NCBI GenBank assembly: GCA_905478765.1
Contig: CAJQJY010000003.1
Coordinates: 10,488 to 74,487 of the forward strand
Direction of reading: 5' to 3'
Length of the DNA: 64,000 bases
DNA from: an uncultured Flavobacteriales bacterium
Lineage (GTDB): Bacteria > Bacteroidota > Bacteroidia > Flavobacteriales > BACL11
The position numbers and the translations under genes are program-made. The notes beneath the pieces are model-generated. The model ran no database searches and was not told where the DNA came from. It saw only the letters and a program-made list of their open reading frames with translations. This document shows positions 36,679 through 47,053 of the stretch, piece after piece (position 1 is the stretch's first letter; every line of letters begins with the position of its first letter).

Positions 36679-39102
36679 ATGAAAATATCTTATAACTGGA
36701 TAAAAAATTACTTAAATCTTAATCTTCCTACTGATGAGATTGCTACTCTATTAACTGATACTGGTCTTGAAGTTGAGGGAATAGAGGTTGTAGAAAGTAT
36801 TAAAGGAGGCCTTAAAGGAGTAGTAATTGGTGAAGTACTTACAAAGATACAACACCCAAATGCTGATAGACTAAGCCTTACAACTGTTAATATTGGTGCA
36901 AATGAGCCATTACAAATAGTTTGTGGAGCTCCTAATGTTGCTGTTGGGCAAAAAGTTCCTGTAGCTACAGTGGGTACTTGGCTTTATGATGCCGATAATA
37001 AATTTAAGATAAAAAAAGGAAAAATAAGAGGAGAGGAGTCAGTAGGTATGATTTGCGGAGAAGATGAATTAGGTCTTGGAGAAGATACTGATGGTATTAT
37101 GGTATTAGATATTAAAGCAAAAGTAGGTATGCCTGCTAGTGATTATTTCAAATTAGAATCTGATATAGTTTTTGAAATTGGTTTGACACCGAACCGCTCT
37201 GATGCTATGGGGCATATAGGTGTCGCCCGTGATTTGATGACGGCACTCAATCATAAAGGAAGTAAACTTGAAATGTGCAAGCCTTCAGTAAATGATTTTA
37301 AAGTAGATAATACAAGCAAAACCATTGCTGTTGAAGTAAAAGATAATGAGCTTTGTCCAAGGTACTCTGGAGTGAGTATTAGTGGAGTTAAAGTTGCTGA
37401 TTCTCCTGAGTGGATTCAGAATAAATTAAAAGCAATTGGGATAACGCCAATCAATAATATTGTAGATATTACAAACTATGTTTTGCATGAAATTGGGCAA
37501 CCTTTACATGTTTTTGATATTGCAAAAATTGAGGGCGAAAAAGTAGTTATTGCTACTGTAAATGATAAAACTAAGTTCACTACTTTAGATGATGTAGAAA
37601 GAGAACTTTCATCTGATGATTTGATGATTTCTAATACTAGTAGCCCAATGTGTATTGCTGGTGTATTTGGTGGTGCTGATTCTGGGGTTTCTGAAAGTAC
37701 TACTGATGTGTTTTTAGAATCTGCTTATTTTAATCCTGTAAGCGTTCGTAAAACTGCTAAAAGGCACACGCTTAGCACGGATGCTTCTTTCCGTTTTGAA
37801 AGGGGTTGCGATCCTAATATCACTGTTTATGCTCTTAAGCGTGCAGCACTTTTAATCACAGAGATTTGTGGAGGGGAAATTGCTTCAGAAATCACTGATA
37901 TTTACCCAATTAAAATAGAACATTTTGAAGTTGAATTGACTTACGCTAAGATGGATGCTTTAATAGGTGAAAAAATTGATAGAGAAGTAGTGAAAGCTAT
38001 CCTTACAGATTTAGAAATTGAGATTAAATATACTAATGATAACGGGCTTTCTTTATTAGTTCCTCCTTTCCGTGCTGATGTGCAAAGAGAGGTAGATGTT
38101 ATTGAGGATATTCTGAGAATTTATGGATTTAACACTGTAGCAATTCCTCCTAAATTAAATACTACTATTTCATATTCTGATGGAGTCAATCCTGAAAAAT
38201 TAAGAAATACTATTTCTGATTTACTTTCTAGCACTGGTTTTAATGAGGTTATGAATAACTCCTTAACTAAAACAGAATATACTGTCCTTATTCCTGAAAT
38301 TGATTCAGCACTTAATGTTGAGATTTTAAATCCTCTTTCACTAGATTTAAATGTCATGCGTCAATCATTAATGTTTGCCGGACTAGAGAATATTGCTTAC
38401 AATCAAAACAGAAGAAATGATGATGTTAAGTTTTATGAGTTTGGAAAAACTTATCATAAGATGGAGGAGGGGTATAAAGAAAATCAGCATTTACAACTTT
38501 TAGTTAGTGGTAAGGTTTTAGCTGAAAACTGGAATACAAATTCTGATAAAGCTGATTACTATTTAATTAAAGAAAAAGTAGAACATATTCTTGCTCGATT
38601 GGGAGCAACAAATTTAAAGTCTGAACCTATATCAACTCATGGTTTTTCTGATGGTTTGATGTATAAGTTCAAAAAGAAAAGATTAGTTTGCTTTGGTAAA
38701 CTTGACAAGAAATTATGTAAAGCATTTGGTGTAAAATCGGATATATATGCTGCCGATTTTAATTGGGATTTAGTGTTAGAGCTTGCAGGATTTACAAAAA
38801 TAAAATACAAGGAAGTTTCTAAATTTCCTGAGGTAAGAAGAGATTTATCACTATTAGTTGATAAAGCAGTTTCATTTGATGAGCTGAGTAAAATTGCAAA
38901 ACAAGCAGATAATAAAATTTTAAAATCAGTAAATTTGTTTGATGTTTATGAAGGAGATAAACTACCTGAGGGTAAAAAGTCTTATGCTTTATCATTCACT
39001 TTGGCTGATGAAACTAAAACCTTAACTGATAAATATATAGATAAGGTGATGAAAAAATTAATGAAGTCTTTAGCTGACAAGGCGGGAGCAGAGCTAAGAT
39101 AA
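36679..39102 (+). CDS. pheT: Phenylalanine--tRNA ligase beta subunit
   Basis: 807 aa. tRNA-binding N-domain, B3/4, B5 and FDX-ACB domains, full length. Confidence 0.95.
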   Translation: MKISYNWIKNYLNLNLPTDEIATLLTDTGLEVEGIEVVESIKGGLKGVVIGEVLTKIQHPNADRLSLTTVNIGANEPLQIVCGAPNVAVGQKVPVATVGTWLYDADNKFKIKKGKIRGEESVGMICGEDELGLGEDTDGIMVLDIKAKVGMPASDYFKLESDIVFEIGLTPNRSDAMGHIGVARDLMTALNHKGSKLEMCKPSVNDFKVDNTSKTIAVEVKDNELCPRYSGVSISGVKVADSPEWIQNKLKAIGITPINNIVDITNYVLHEIGQPLHVFDIAKIEGEKVVIATVNDKTKFTTLDDVERELSSDDLMISNTSSPMCIAGVFGGADSGVSESTTDVFLESAYFNPVSVRKTAKRHTLSTDASFRFERGCDPNITVYALKRAALLITEICGGEIASEITDIYPIKIEHFEVELTYAKMDALIGEKIDREVVKAILTDLEIEIKYTNDNGLSLLVPPFRADVQREVDVIEDILRIYGFNTVAIPPKLNTTISYSDGVNPEKLRNTISDLLSSTGFNEVMNNSLTKTEYTVLIPEIDSALNVEILNPLSLDLNVMRQSLMFAGLENIAYNQNRRNDDVKFYEFGKTYHKMEEGYKENQHLQLLVSGKVLAENWNTNSDKADYYLIKEKVEHILARLGATNLKSEPISTHGFSDGLMYKFKKKRLVCFGKLDKKLCKAFGVKSDIYAADFNWDLVLELAGFTKIKYKEVSKFPEVRRDLSLLVDKAVSFDELSKIAKQADNKILKSVNLFDVYEGDKLPEGKKSYALSFTLADETKTLTDKYIDKVMKKLMKSLADKAGAELR

Positions 39103-39103
39103 A

Positions 39104-39784
39104 ATGATAGATCATTTTGTAATACCGCCACTAAGTTCTATTTGGTGGATTGGTATTGTATCTTCTGCTTTATTTATTTTCTTGTTCATTCGTTTGCTTA
39201 AAAATAAGTCAGCAATTGTAAAGTCAAATTTTGCAAGAGGATTGAGTGTAGCTTTTATTCTTACATATGTAATTTCGAATACAATAGCGATTTATAATGG
39301 TTGGTGGAACTTGCAGGATAACCTTCCCTTACATCTTTGTAGAATTTCCTTTTTTATAAGTATGGTAGTTTTATTAACTAGAAAGCAATGGATGTATGAG
39401 TGGGTGTTGTTTTTAGCTATTCCATCAGGAATTCATTCTATGCTTACTCCAGAAATGACAAAAGGCATAAGCACTTGGTTTTATTTTGATTATTATTTTG
39501 TTCATGCAGGATTAATCTTAGTTCCTCTTTACTTAACTATAGTTATGGGAATGAAATCTAGGGCAGATGCTTGGTGGAAAACTATTTTGCGTTTGCAGAT
39601 TCCTGTTGCAATTATATTGCCACTTAATTTTTTATTAGAGTCAAATTATATTTATTTAAGATACAAACCCTTAGTTGATAATCCTTTTTTAATAGGTGAT
39701 TGGCCAATTTACATAGTATTCTTAGAGCTCATTATGTTGGTTCATGTATTTGTAATCCATAAATTAGCACCTAAACATATTTAA
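39104..39784 (+). CDS. Integral membrane protein (TIGR02206/YwaF-like)
   Basis: 226 aa, about 7 TM helices. The family call is from overall resemblance only. Confidence 0.55.
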   Translation: MIDHFVIPPLSSIWWIGIVSSALFIFLFIRLLKNKSAIVKSNFARGLSVAFILTYVISNTIAIYNGWWNLQDNLPLHLCRISFFISMVVLLTRKQWMYEWVLFLAIPSGIHSMLTPEMTKGISTWFYFDYYFVHAGLILVPLYLTIVMGMKSRADAWWKTILRLQIPVAIILPLNFLLESNYIYLRYKPLVDNPFLIGDWPIYIVFLELIMLVHVFVIHKLAPKHI

Positions 39785-39785
39785 G

Positions 39786-41825
39786 ATGAAAAAAATACTT
39801 TTACTATTGCTTATAGTTCCTTTTATTGCTTCTACACAAAATAGTATGAATATGAATTTACTTGGGACTTATGAATATCCAACTACTAATGGAAATGACA
39901 TTTGGGGATGGGTAGATGCAAGTGAAAACGAATTTGCAATTGTAGGGCTTAGAGATGGAGTATCTTGTGTGAATGTTACAAATCCTACAGCTCCTGTAGA
40001 GGAATTTTTTATTCCAGATATCTATTCTATTTGGAGGGATATTAAAACTTTTGGACACTATGCTTATGTTACAACTGAATCGGATGCTGGTTTGTTGATT
40101 ATTGACTTAACTGATATGACAGGTAACACCTTTTGGCATGTAAAGGATTTTATGAATCCAATAACTGGGATTAGCTTGCATTGGGAATCAGCACATGATT
40201 TGTTTATTGATGAAAATGGTATTTGTTATATTTTTGGCGCAGGAAATCCTACAGGTTGGCCACAAGTTCCAACAGGCGCAATCTTTTTGGATGTAGCTAC
40301 AAATCCAATTAGCCCTACTCATTTAGGGCAATGGAATGAGCAATACATACATGATGGAATGGCTAGAGGAGATACTATGTATGTGGGTTGTATTTATGAT
40401 GGTTCTGTACAAATTGTTGATGTGAGTGATAAAGCATATCCATCGACTTTAGGTTCAGCTTATACTCCTGATTTTTTCACACATAATGCTTGGGTAAGTG
40501 ATGATGGAAACTATGTATTTACTACTGACGAAAAACCTGATGGGTATTTAGGAGCCTTTGATATTTCTGATTTAAATAATATACAAGAAGTAGATAGAAT
40601 ACAATCAAACCCTGGATTGAATACGATACCTCATAATACTTTTGTAGATGGTAATTTTTTAATTACATCTTACTATTGTGATGGAACAACTGTGCATGAT
40701 ATTACTCATCCCCATTACATGATAGAAGTGGCTTATTATGATTCTTATATTGGCACAGGGCCTTCTTATGATGGTTGTTGGGGAACTTACCCTTATTTGC
40801 CTTCTGGGAATATTATTTCTTCTGACATCAACAGTAGTTCAACAGGTCAAGGTAGATTACTAATTTATGGCAGAGCATTTCAGCAAGCATGTTATTTGCA
40901 AGGGACTATTACTGACTGTTCTACTAACCAAATTATTTCAAATGCTAATATTGAAATATTAAATACTAATACTTCAGAAAATTCTAATTTAATAGGATTT
41001 TATCAAACTGCAGTGGTTGATTCTGCTTTGTATCAAATTGTATATTCTGCAAGTGGTTATGAAAATGACACTATTATTGCAATTCTTGATAATGGTGTAA
41101 TGCTTACACAAGATGTTGCACTCAGTCCTACTTGCCCTATTCTAATAAATAATTTGAATATCTCTATCTGTATTGGAGATAGTTTTGTAGTTGGAAACAA
41201 CACTTATTCTAGTACTGGAAATTATACTGATGTAATTATTGATGCTTGTAATTGTGATAGTGTTGTAAATACAAACCTTACTGTTAATCCAGTTTATTCA
41301 TATAGTCAGAATATTGATATTTGTCAAGGAAATGTATTTGTTGTTGGCCAATCTGTTTATAATACAAGTGGAGCATATTATGACACTTTAATTAGCTCAA
41401 CTATGTGTGATAGTATAATTGTATCTTATTTGAATGTTGCTGATCTTGTTGGGATTATGAGTGGAAACTTACCTTACTTAGCTGTAGTGGCTAATGGAGG
41501 ATCTCAACCCTATACTTATATTGTAACTGGGCCTTTTGGATTTAATCAGCAGCTTAATTCTGTTGTTGGAGTACAGAATGTAGCACCAACCTATAATGGA
41601 CAGTATCAATTTATTGCAACTGATGCAAACGGGTGTGAATCTATGCCAGTATTTTTTGAAGTTTCTTTTCCTTTAAGTGTTGATGATTTTCGTGAAAATA
41701 GGTTAGTGGTAAAAATAACTGATTTATTAGGTAGAGAGGTTAATATTGATGAAGTGGTAGATAAAACTACTTTTCTTTATATTTATAGTGATGGAACGGT
41801 AGAAAAGAAGATTGATATTGAGTAA
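39786..41825 (+). CDS. Secreted beta-propeller (LVIVD / choice-of-anchor-B-like) protein with a T9SS type A C-terminal sorting domain
   Basis: Signal peptide, N-terminal propeller-like region and a CarboxypepD_reg-like domain. Two 43-aa Cys-bracketed repeats and a SprB repeat (GGSQPYTYIV...ATDANGCES). The C-terminal KITDLLGREV...LYIYSDGTVEKKIDIE is typical of Por/T9SS CTDs. Confidence 0.8.
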   Translation: MKKILLLLLIVPFIASTQNSMNMNLLGTYEYPTTNGNDIWGWVDASENEFAIVGLRDGVSCVNVTNPTAPVEEFFIPDIYSIWRDIKTFGHYAYVTTESDAGLLIIDLTDMTGNTFWHVKDFMNPITGISLHWESAHDLFIDENGICYIFGAGNPTGWPQVPTGAIFLDVATNPISPTHLGQWNEQYIHDGMARGDTMYVGCIYDGSVQIVDVSDKAYPSTLGSAYTPDFFTHNAWVSDDGNYVFTTDEKPDGYLGAFDISDLNNIQEVDRIQSNPGLNTIPHNTFVDGNFLITSYYCDGTTVHDITHPHYMIEVAYYDSYIGTGPSYDGCWGTYPYLPSGNIISSDINSSSTGQGRLLIYGRAFQQACYLQGTITDCSTNQIISNANIEILNTNTSENSNLIGFYQTAVVDSALYQIVYSASGYENDTIIAILDNGVMLTQDVALSPTCPILINNLNISICIGDSFVVGNNTYSSTGNYTDVIIDACNCDSVVNTNLTVNPVYSYSQNIDICQGNVFVVGQSVYNTSGAYYDTLISSTMCDSIIVSYLNVADLVGIMSGNLPYLAVVANGGSQPYTYIVTGPFGFNQQLNSVVGVQNVAPTYNGQYQFIATDANGCESMPVFFEVSFPLSVDDFRENRLVVKITDLLGREVNIDEVVDKTTFLYIYSDGTVEKKIDIE

Positions 41826-41828
41826 CTA

Positions 41829-42509
41829 TTACGTTAAAATAGATTCTCCATTTAAGTTCGTGGTAAGTACTTCACTCATATAATCAAAGAAAGGACGAAC
41901 TGCTTTAAATGAGTTAATTACAGTTGTATGAAAATCCTTTGATAACACTTCTTTGTCCGTAAACTTACGCAATACGATAAAATCCTTTTTCCTAATTAAG
42001 TCAATATTAGGGTGGTTTTTATCAAAACCAGTTGGTGCTACCTTAAGTGAGTTTCTAGTGTAAAAACCATCAAATATTTTTGTAAATTTTTTATCAGAAA
42101 TGATTTTTTCAATATAGGATCTATCTAGTTCAAACTCCTTTCTAATTCTGAATAAATCTTCTTTATTGGGTTGCCAAAAGCCTGCAGCTAAAAAACTTCC
42201 ACCTGGTGTGATTTCTAAATGATAACCTCCTCTTAATGCTTCAGTTGCTCTTTTGTAACTGCAACTTCTGTAGGTTTTGTAAGGTGTTTTATCTTTTGAA
42301 AAACGAATGTCTCTGTATATTCTATAGGCTTTCATTCCTCCTATATGATCTATAGCGGATAATGCCCCCTTTATAGTTGTGAAGAAATGCTTTATTTTTT
42401 TTTCTTCCATAAGATAGTAATCTTTATTTTCTGCAAACCATTTTCTAGTATTATTTTTTTTTAGGTCGTTTAGGAATCTAAAAATGGAAGAGTTAATGAT
42501 TACAGACAT
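41829..42509 (-). CDS. DUF2461 (TIGR02453) family protein
   Basis: 226 aa. FLNDLKKNNTRKWF...YRIYRDIRFSKDKTPYKT signature. Confidence 0.75.
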   Translation of the reverse strand: MSVIINSSIFRFLNDLKKNNTRKWFAENKDYYLMEEKKIKHFFTTIKGALSAIDHIGGMKAYRIYRDIRFSKDKTPYKTYRSCSYKRATEALRGGYHLEITPGGSFLAAGFWQPNKEDLFRIRKEFELDRSYIEKIISDKKFTKIFDGFYTRNSLKVAPTGFDKNHPNIDLIRKKDFIVLRKFTDKEVLSKDFHTTVINSFKAVRPFFDYMSEVLTTNLNGESILT

Positions 42510-42519
42510 TTTATATTTT

Positions 42520-44523
42520 TTACAATTCTAATGAATTAATTAAACTATCATCAGCTGTGTTAGGTATAGTTACTTTTAGTTCAGGATTCATTTTCATTGC
42601 TCTTTTAATCGCAAAGTTTGCTTCTTTATTTCTAGCCCAACTTCTTCTTGACACTCCATTATTGACATCCCAAGAAAGCATTGATTTTAGTCTTCTTTCA
42701 GCTTCAATAGAACCATCTAAAAGTAATCCAAAACCACCATTTATTACTTCACCCCAACCAACTCCACCACCATTGTGTATAGATACCCAAGTAGCACCTC
42801 TAAAGCTATCACCAATTACATTTTGTATTGCCATATCAGCAGTGAATTTTGAGCCATCATAAATGTTTGATGTTTCTCTGTAAGGAGAATCAGTTCCTGA
42901 AACATCATGATGATCACGACCTAAAACTACAGGAGCAGAAAGTTCCCCACTAGCAATAGCATTGTTAAAGGCCTCAGCAATTTTCATTCTACCCTCTGCA
43001 TCAGCATATAAAATACGAGCTTGTGAACCGACAATCATTTTATTTTCTCCAGCTGCTTTTATCCAATTGATATTATCACTCATTTGCAATTTAATTTCAG
43101 CAGGGGAGTGCTGCATAATATCTTCCAATACTTCACATGCAATTCTATCAGTAATTGCTAAATCCTTAGCGTCATTAGATGCGCAAACCCATCTGAAAGG
43201 ACCAAAGCCATAATCGAAACACATAGGTCCCATAATATCCTGTACATAAGATGGATATTTAAATTCTCCATTTGGTTTTAGTATATCTGCTTTAGTACGA
43301 CTTGATTCAAGTAAAAAAGCATTTCCATAATCAAAAAAATACATACCTCTTTCACTTAAAGTATTGATTGCATTAGTATGGCGAACTAAAGTTTTTTGAA
43401 CTTCCTTTTTAAACTGATCAGGATTTTTTACCATCATTTCATTGGCAGTATCATATGAAATTCCAGCAGGATAGTAGCCACCTGCCCAAGGATTGTGTAA
43501 TGATGTTTGGTCAGAGCCAATTTCAATATGAATATTTCGCTCTACAACTCTTTCCCATAAATCAACAATATTACCATCATAAGCAATGGAAACAGCTTCT
43601 TTTTTTTCTCTTGCTGAAATTGCTCTATCTAGTAATTTATCTATATTTGTATAAACTTCATCTACCCAACCTTGTTTTTGTCTTTTGTAAGTTGCTTGAG
43701 GATTTACTTCTGCTACTATACAGATTCCTTTTGCAATTACAGCTGCTTTAGGCTGAGCACCACTCATTCCACCAAGACCTGCAGTAACAAATATTTTACC
43801 ACTTAGATCTTTTGCTTTTGGGTCAATTTTTCGTGCAGCATTCAATACTGTAATTGTTGTTCCATGTACAATTCCTTGAGGTCCAATATACATGAAAGAT
43901 CCTGCAGTCATTTGTCCGTATTGAGTAACACCTAAAGCGTTAAATTTCTCCCAATCATCTGGTTTTGAGTAGTTAGGAATCATCATTCCATTCGTTACTA
44001 CAACTCTAGGCGCTTCCTTGTGTGATGGGAATAAACCCATTGGATGTCCTGAGTAAAGTGCTAGCGTTTGCTCATCATTCATTATGGCTAAATACTGCAT
44101 TGTCAAAAGGTACTGAGCCCAGTTTTGGAATACTGCCCCATTTCCACCATACGTAATTAACTCTTCAGGATGTTGTGCAATAGCATAATCCAAGTTATTG
44201 GAAAGCATCATTTGAATAGCAGCTGCTTGTTTGCTATTGTGAGGAAAATCCTCCAGATGTCTTGCTTTTATCTCATATTCAGGCATGAAACGATACATGT
44301 ATATTCTGCCGTAAGTTTTAAGCTCTTCAGCAAACTCAGGAGCTAATACAGTATGCATGTGCGCAGGGAAATAACGCAAAGCATTACGAATTGCTAATTG
44401 CTTTTCTTCTTTATTAAGATTATCCTTACGCTTAGGCGCATGACTAACGCTGGGGTTAATGTTCTTTTGTGTAGGTATTTCTGAAGGAATCCCTTGTAAA
44501 ATTGCTTGTTTAAGATTTGTCAT
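42520..44523 (-). CDS. hutU: Urocanate hydratase (long form)
   Basis: 667 aa. GGMSGAQP NAD-binding region and GxGWGEV-type C-terminal motifs characteristic of urocanase. Confidence 0.95.
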   Translation of the reverse strand: MTNLKQAILQGIPSEIPTQKNINPSVSHAPKRKDNLNKEEKQLAIRNALRYFPAHMHTVLAPEFAEELKTYGRIYMYRFMPEYEIKARHLEDFPHNSKQAAAIQMMLSNNLDYAIAQHPEELITYGGNGAVFQNWAQYLLTMQYLAIMNDEQTLALYSGHPMGLFPSHKEAPRVVVTNGMMIPNYSKPDDWEKFNALGVTQYGQMTAGSFMYIGPQGIVHGTTITVLNAARKIDPKAKDLSGKIFVTAGLGGMSGAQPKAAVIAKGICIVAEVNPQATYKRQKQGWVDEVYTNIDKLLDRAISAREKKEAVSIAYDGNIVDLWERVVERNIHIEIGSDQTSLHNPWAGGYYPAGISYDTANEMMVKNPDQFKKEVQKTLVRHTNAINTLSERGMYFFDYGNAFLLESSRTKADILKPNGEFKYPSYVQDIMGPMCFDYGFGPFRWVCASNDAKDLAITDRIACEVLEDIMQHSPAEIKLQMSDNINWIKAAGENKMIVGSQARILYADAEGRMKIAEAFNNAIASGELSAPVVLGRDHHDVSGTDSPYRETSNIYDGSKFTADMAIQNVIGDSFRGATWVSIHNGGGVGWGEVINGGFGLLLDGSIEAERRLKSMLSWDVNNGVSRRSWARNKEANFAIKRAMKMNPELKVTIPNTADDSLINSLEL

Positions 44524-44683
44524 TTCTCAGTTTTATTTTTTTTTTATACGGACAATGTTTGCAGTTGTTATTGCAACAATATCCTCTTTTTAAATGGTAT
44601 TTTTCAGTAAAAACAACATAGCCTTCTTTGGAATGATAATACTCATCCTTTTCTAAACTGTCTATTTTTGAAAATCCTTTCAT
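44510..44683 (-). CDS. Small Cys-rich protein (DUF5522-like)
   Basis: MKGFSKIDS...RGYCCNNNCKHCPYKKK. I prefer the ATG at 44683 because a TAAATTTG -7 box (44692-44699) lies inside the longer ORF. Its 3' end overlaps the hutU start by 14 nt. Confidence 0.6.
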   Translation of the reverse strand: MKGFSKIDSLEKDEYYHSKEGYVVFTEKYHLKRGYCCNNNCKHCPYKKKIKLRNDKS

Positions 44684-44691
44684 AGAGTTGG

Positions 44692-44699
44692 CAAATTTA
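44692..44699 (-). promoter_or_regulatory. Putative -7 promoter box for the small Cys-rich gene / hutU
   Basis: TAAATTTG on the - strand, 8 nt before the ATG at 44683. It forms an inverted pair (CAAAT-N7-ATTTG) with GATATTTG at 44701-44708 on the + strand. Confidence 0.4.
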
Positions 44700-44713
44700 C
44701 GATATTTGCACAA

Positions 44714-45598
44714 ATGAAAATAGAAACAGAAGAAATATCAATTCCACTTTTAAAAGAGAAGAAAGTGCGCCTATTTATAAAGCGAATTGATAAGTTGCAC
44801 CCTATTGTTTCTGGCAATAAATGGTTCAAATTAAAGTATAACTTGATTGAAGCTCAAAAGCATGATTTTGAAACGCTACTGACCTTTGGTGGAGCCTACT
44901 CCAATCATATTACTGCTACTGCCTTTGCGGCAAAGGAAAATGGTTTTAAAAGCATAGGGATCATAAGAGGTGAGGAGCACTTGCCTTTAAATCCTACTTT
45001 GCATTTTGCTATGGAGTGTGGTATGGAATTACATTATTTTAGTAGGAGTATTTACCGAGAGAAAACAAATCCTGATTTTTTAGAGCAACTAAAATCACAG
45101 TTTGGGTGTTTTTATTTGATTCCTGAAGGAGGAACAAATGAGTTAGCAATAAAAGGTACAGCTGAGATTTTGGAGGTGAATGATACACAAGATTATATTT
45201 GTTGTGCAGTGGGTACTGGAGGTACAATTGCAGGAATTATTAATGCTTCAAAAGCCAAACAAACTGTAATTGGTTTTCCAGCTATTAAAGGTATTGATTC
45301 CTTAGAAAAGGACATTGAAAATTGGACTAGTGTAACTAATTATAAGTTTATAAATAACTATATTGGAAAAGGTTATGCTAAAGTAAGTGAAAAGTTAGTT
45401 GAGTTTATAAGCGAGTTCAATACTGCATATGATATTCCTTTGGATGCTATCTACACAGGTAAAATGATGATGGGTGTTTTAGATTTGATTAGTAAGAATT
45501 TTTTTCCGAAAGGAAGTAGTATTTTAACTATACATACGGGTGGTTTACAAGGTAATAAAGGAATGGCTGAAAGGTTGGGGATTAAACTTCCCTCATAA
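44714..45598 (+). CDS. PLP-dependent ACC deaminase / D-cysteine desulfhydrase family protein
   Basis: 294 aa. GNKWFKLKYNL (PLP-lysine region), GGAYSNH and a GTGGT glycine loop. Confidence 0.75.
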   Translation: MKIETEEISIPLLKEKKVRLFIKRIDKLHPIVSGNKWFKLKYNLIEAQKHDFETLLTFGGAYSNHITATAFAAKENGFKSIGIIRGEEHLPLNPTLHFAMECGMELHYFSRSIYREKTNPDFLEQLKSQFGCFYLIPEGGTNELAIKGTAEILEVNDTQDYICCAVGTGGTIAGIINASKAKQTVIGFPAIKGIDSLEKDIENWTSVTNYKFINNYIGKGYAKVSEKLVEFISEFNTAYDIPLDAIYTGKMMMGVLDLISKNFFPKGSSILTIHTGGLQGNKGMAERLGIKLPS

Positions 45599-46973
45599 TC
45601 TCTAAAGGGTTTTCTTTTATCCAACTTCCACCTGTAAAATCAGGAACAATAATGGTTTGACTCTTGGCAGCTACCGAAAGTTCAGATAGAGGCGTGATGG
45701 CACTCCAATGAATACTATCGTAAACATTTATATCTAGTGGAATGCCTAAATTTAAACACTTTACTAAACGATAAATCATTACAAAATCCATACCTCCATG
45801 CCCTTGCTTAAAGCCTTGACTAATGGTTTTGAGTTTTTTAATTATTGGGTGTTGGTACTTGCTTTTATATTCGTTATAGGCTTCTTCTTTTAGCCAATTA
45901 TGTCCCCAATATTCAGGTTTTTCTGCTTCAATGTACAGTCTACTTGGGTATCCGTCATGCACTGCTTTAGTACCTACAATTTTATTAATTCTTGAATAAG
46001 GCCTTCCTGTATGCACATCAAATTGCAAGAGGATAGTTTTTCCTTTTTCAGTTTTAATTAGGGTGTTATTCATATCACCACATTTGTAGCTTTGTATAGG
46101 ATGCTTGTATTTTTTTGCGGCAATACTAAGGTTTAGTTCTCTACTACTCATAGAAGAAAGGTAAGAAAAATTATCGCCCCTTCCAATGCCTAAATAAAAG
46201 GCAATTGGTCCTAAAGCGTGTGTTGTGTATAAATTTCCATTTCTTTCAGCATGTTCGTGCAAACGCCATTGTCCTTCATAATAAGTGTCGTGTAGCATCA
46301 ATGCCCTTAAATCATGAAGATAAGCGCCCTCAGTATGTGTTATATCGCCAAATACGCCTTCTTGTATCATATTCAATACCCAAAGTTCTTCTTCATTATA
46401 ATTGCAGTTTTCCATCATCATGCAATGTTTCTGGGTGCATTCAGCCGTTTCAATAATTTTCCAACAATCCTCAATAGTGGAGGCAACTGGCACTTCACTA
46501 CCAACATGTTTTCCGTTTTCCATGCAATAGATTGCCATTGGTGTGTGTAAATCCCAAGGAGTTGCAATAATGACTAAATCAATATCATCCCTTTTGGCTA
46601 ATTTTTCCCATTCCGTTTTTGATTTATGATAAAGGACTGGCTTCTTGCTTTGCCAAACAGCTAATTTTTCTGCTGCTTTAGTTACTTTTTCTTCTGAAAT
46701 ATCTGATAAAGCAATGACTTCAGCCATTTCGTTTTCTACCAAGTACTGAAACATTTCAAGTAGGGTATTTCCTCTGTTCCCCAAGCCAATAATTCCAACT
46801 CTTACCTTACTAATAGGATCTGCAGCAAATCCAAACATAGTCCCCTTAACATCTCTTTTGGTATTGTTTATTAACTCCTGAATGGTAGTGCTATCTTCAC
46901 CCAAAGCAGTGAAGGGTAAACCTAAAAATGCACTTGCCCCTAAAACGGATTGTAGAAAATGTTTTCTTTTCAA
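45582..46973 (-). CDS. Gfo/Idh/MocA-type NAD-dependent glycoside hydrolase, GH109-like (alpha-N-acetylgalactosaminidase family)
   Basis: Tat-like or secretory leader, Rossmann motif IGLGNRG. MENCNY...HDLR...YTTHALGP...GHGGMDF blocks are colinear with GH109 enzymes as I recall them. Confidence 0.7.
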   Translation of the reverse strand: MKRKHFLQSVLGASAFLGLPFTALGEDSTTIQELINNTKRDVKGTMFGFAADPISKVRVGIIGLGNRGNTLLEMFQYLVENEMAEVIALSDISEEKVTKAAEKLAVWQSKKPVLYHKSKTEWEKLAKRDDIDLVIIATPWDLHTPMAIYCMENGKHVGSEVPVASTIEDCWKIIETAECTQKHCMMMENCNYNEEELWVLNMIQEGVFGDITHTEGAYLHDLRALMLHDTYYEGQWRLHEHAERNGNLYTTHALGPIAFYLGIGRGDNFSYLSSMSSRELNLSIAAKKYKHPIQSYKCGDMNNTLIKTEKGKTILLQFDVHTGRPYSRINKIVGTKAVHDGYPSRLYIEAEKPEYWGHNWLKEEAYNEYKSKYQHPIIKKLKTISQGFKQGHGGMDFVMIYRLVKCLNLGIPLDINVYDSIHWSAITPLSELSVAAKSQTIIVPDFTGGSWIKENPLEIMREV

Positions 46974-47053
46974 AATATATTTATTAAAAATTAGTGTTCA
47001 AATATATATTTTTTGAGTGTAAATAGTTTGAATGGCTTTTCTATTTTAGTATC

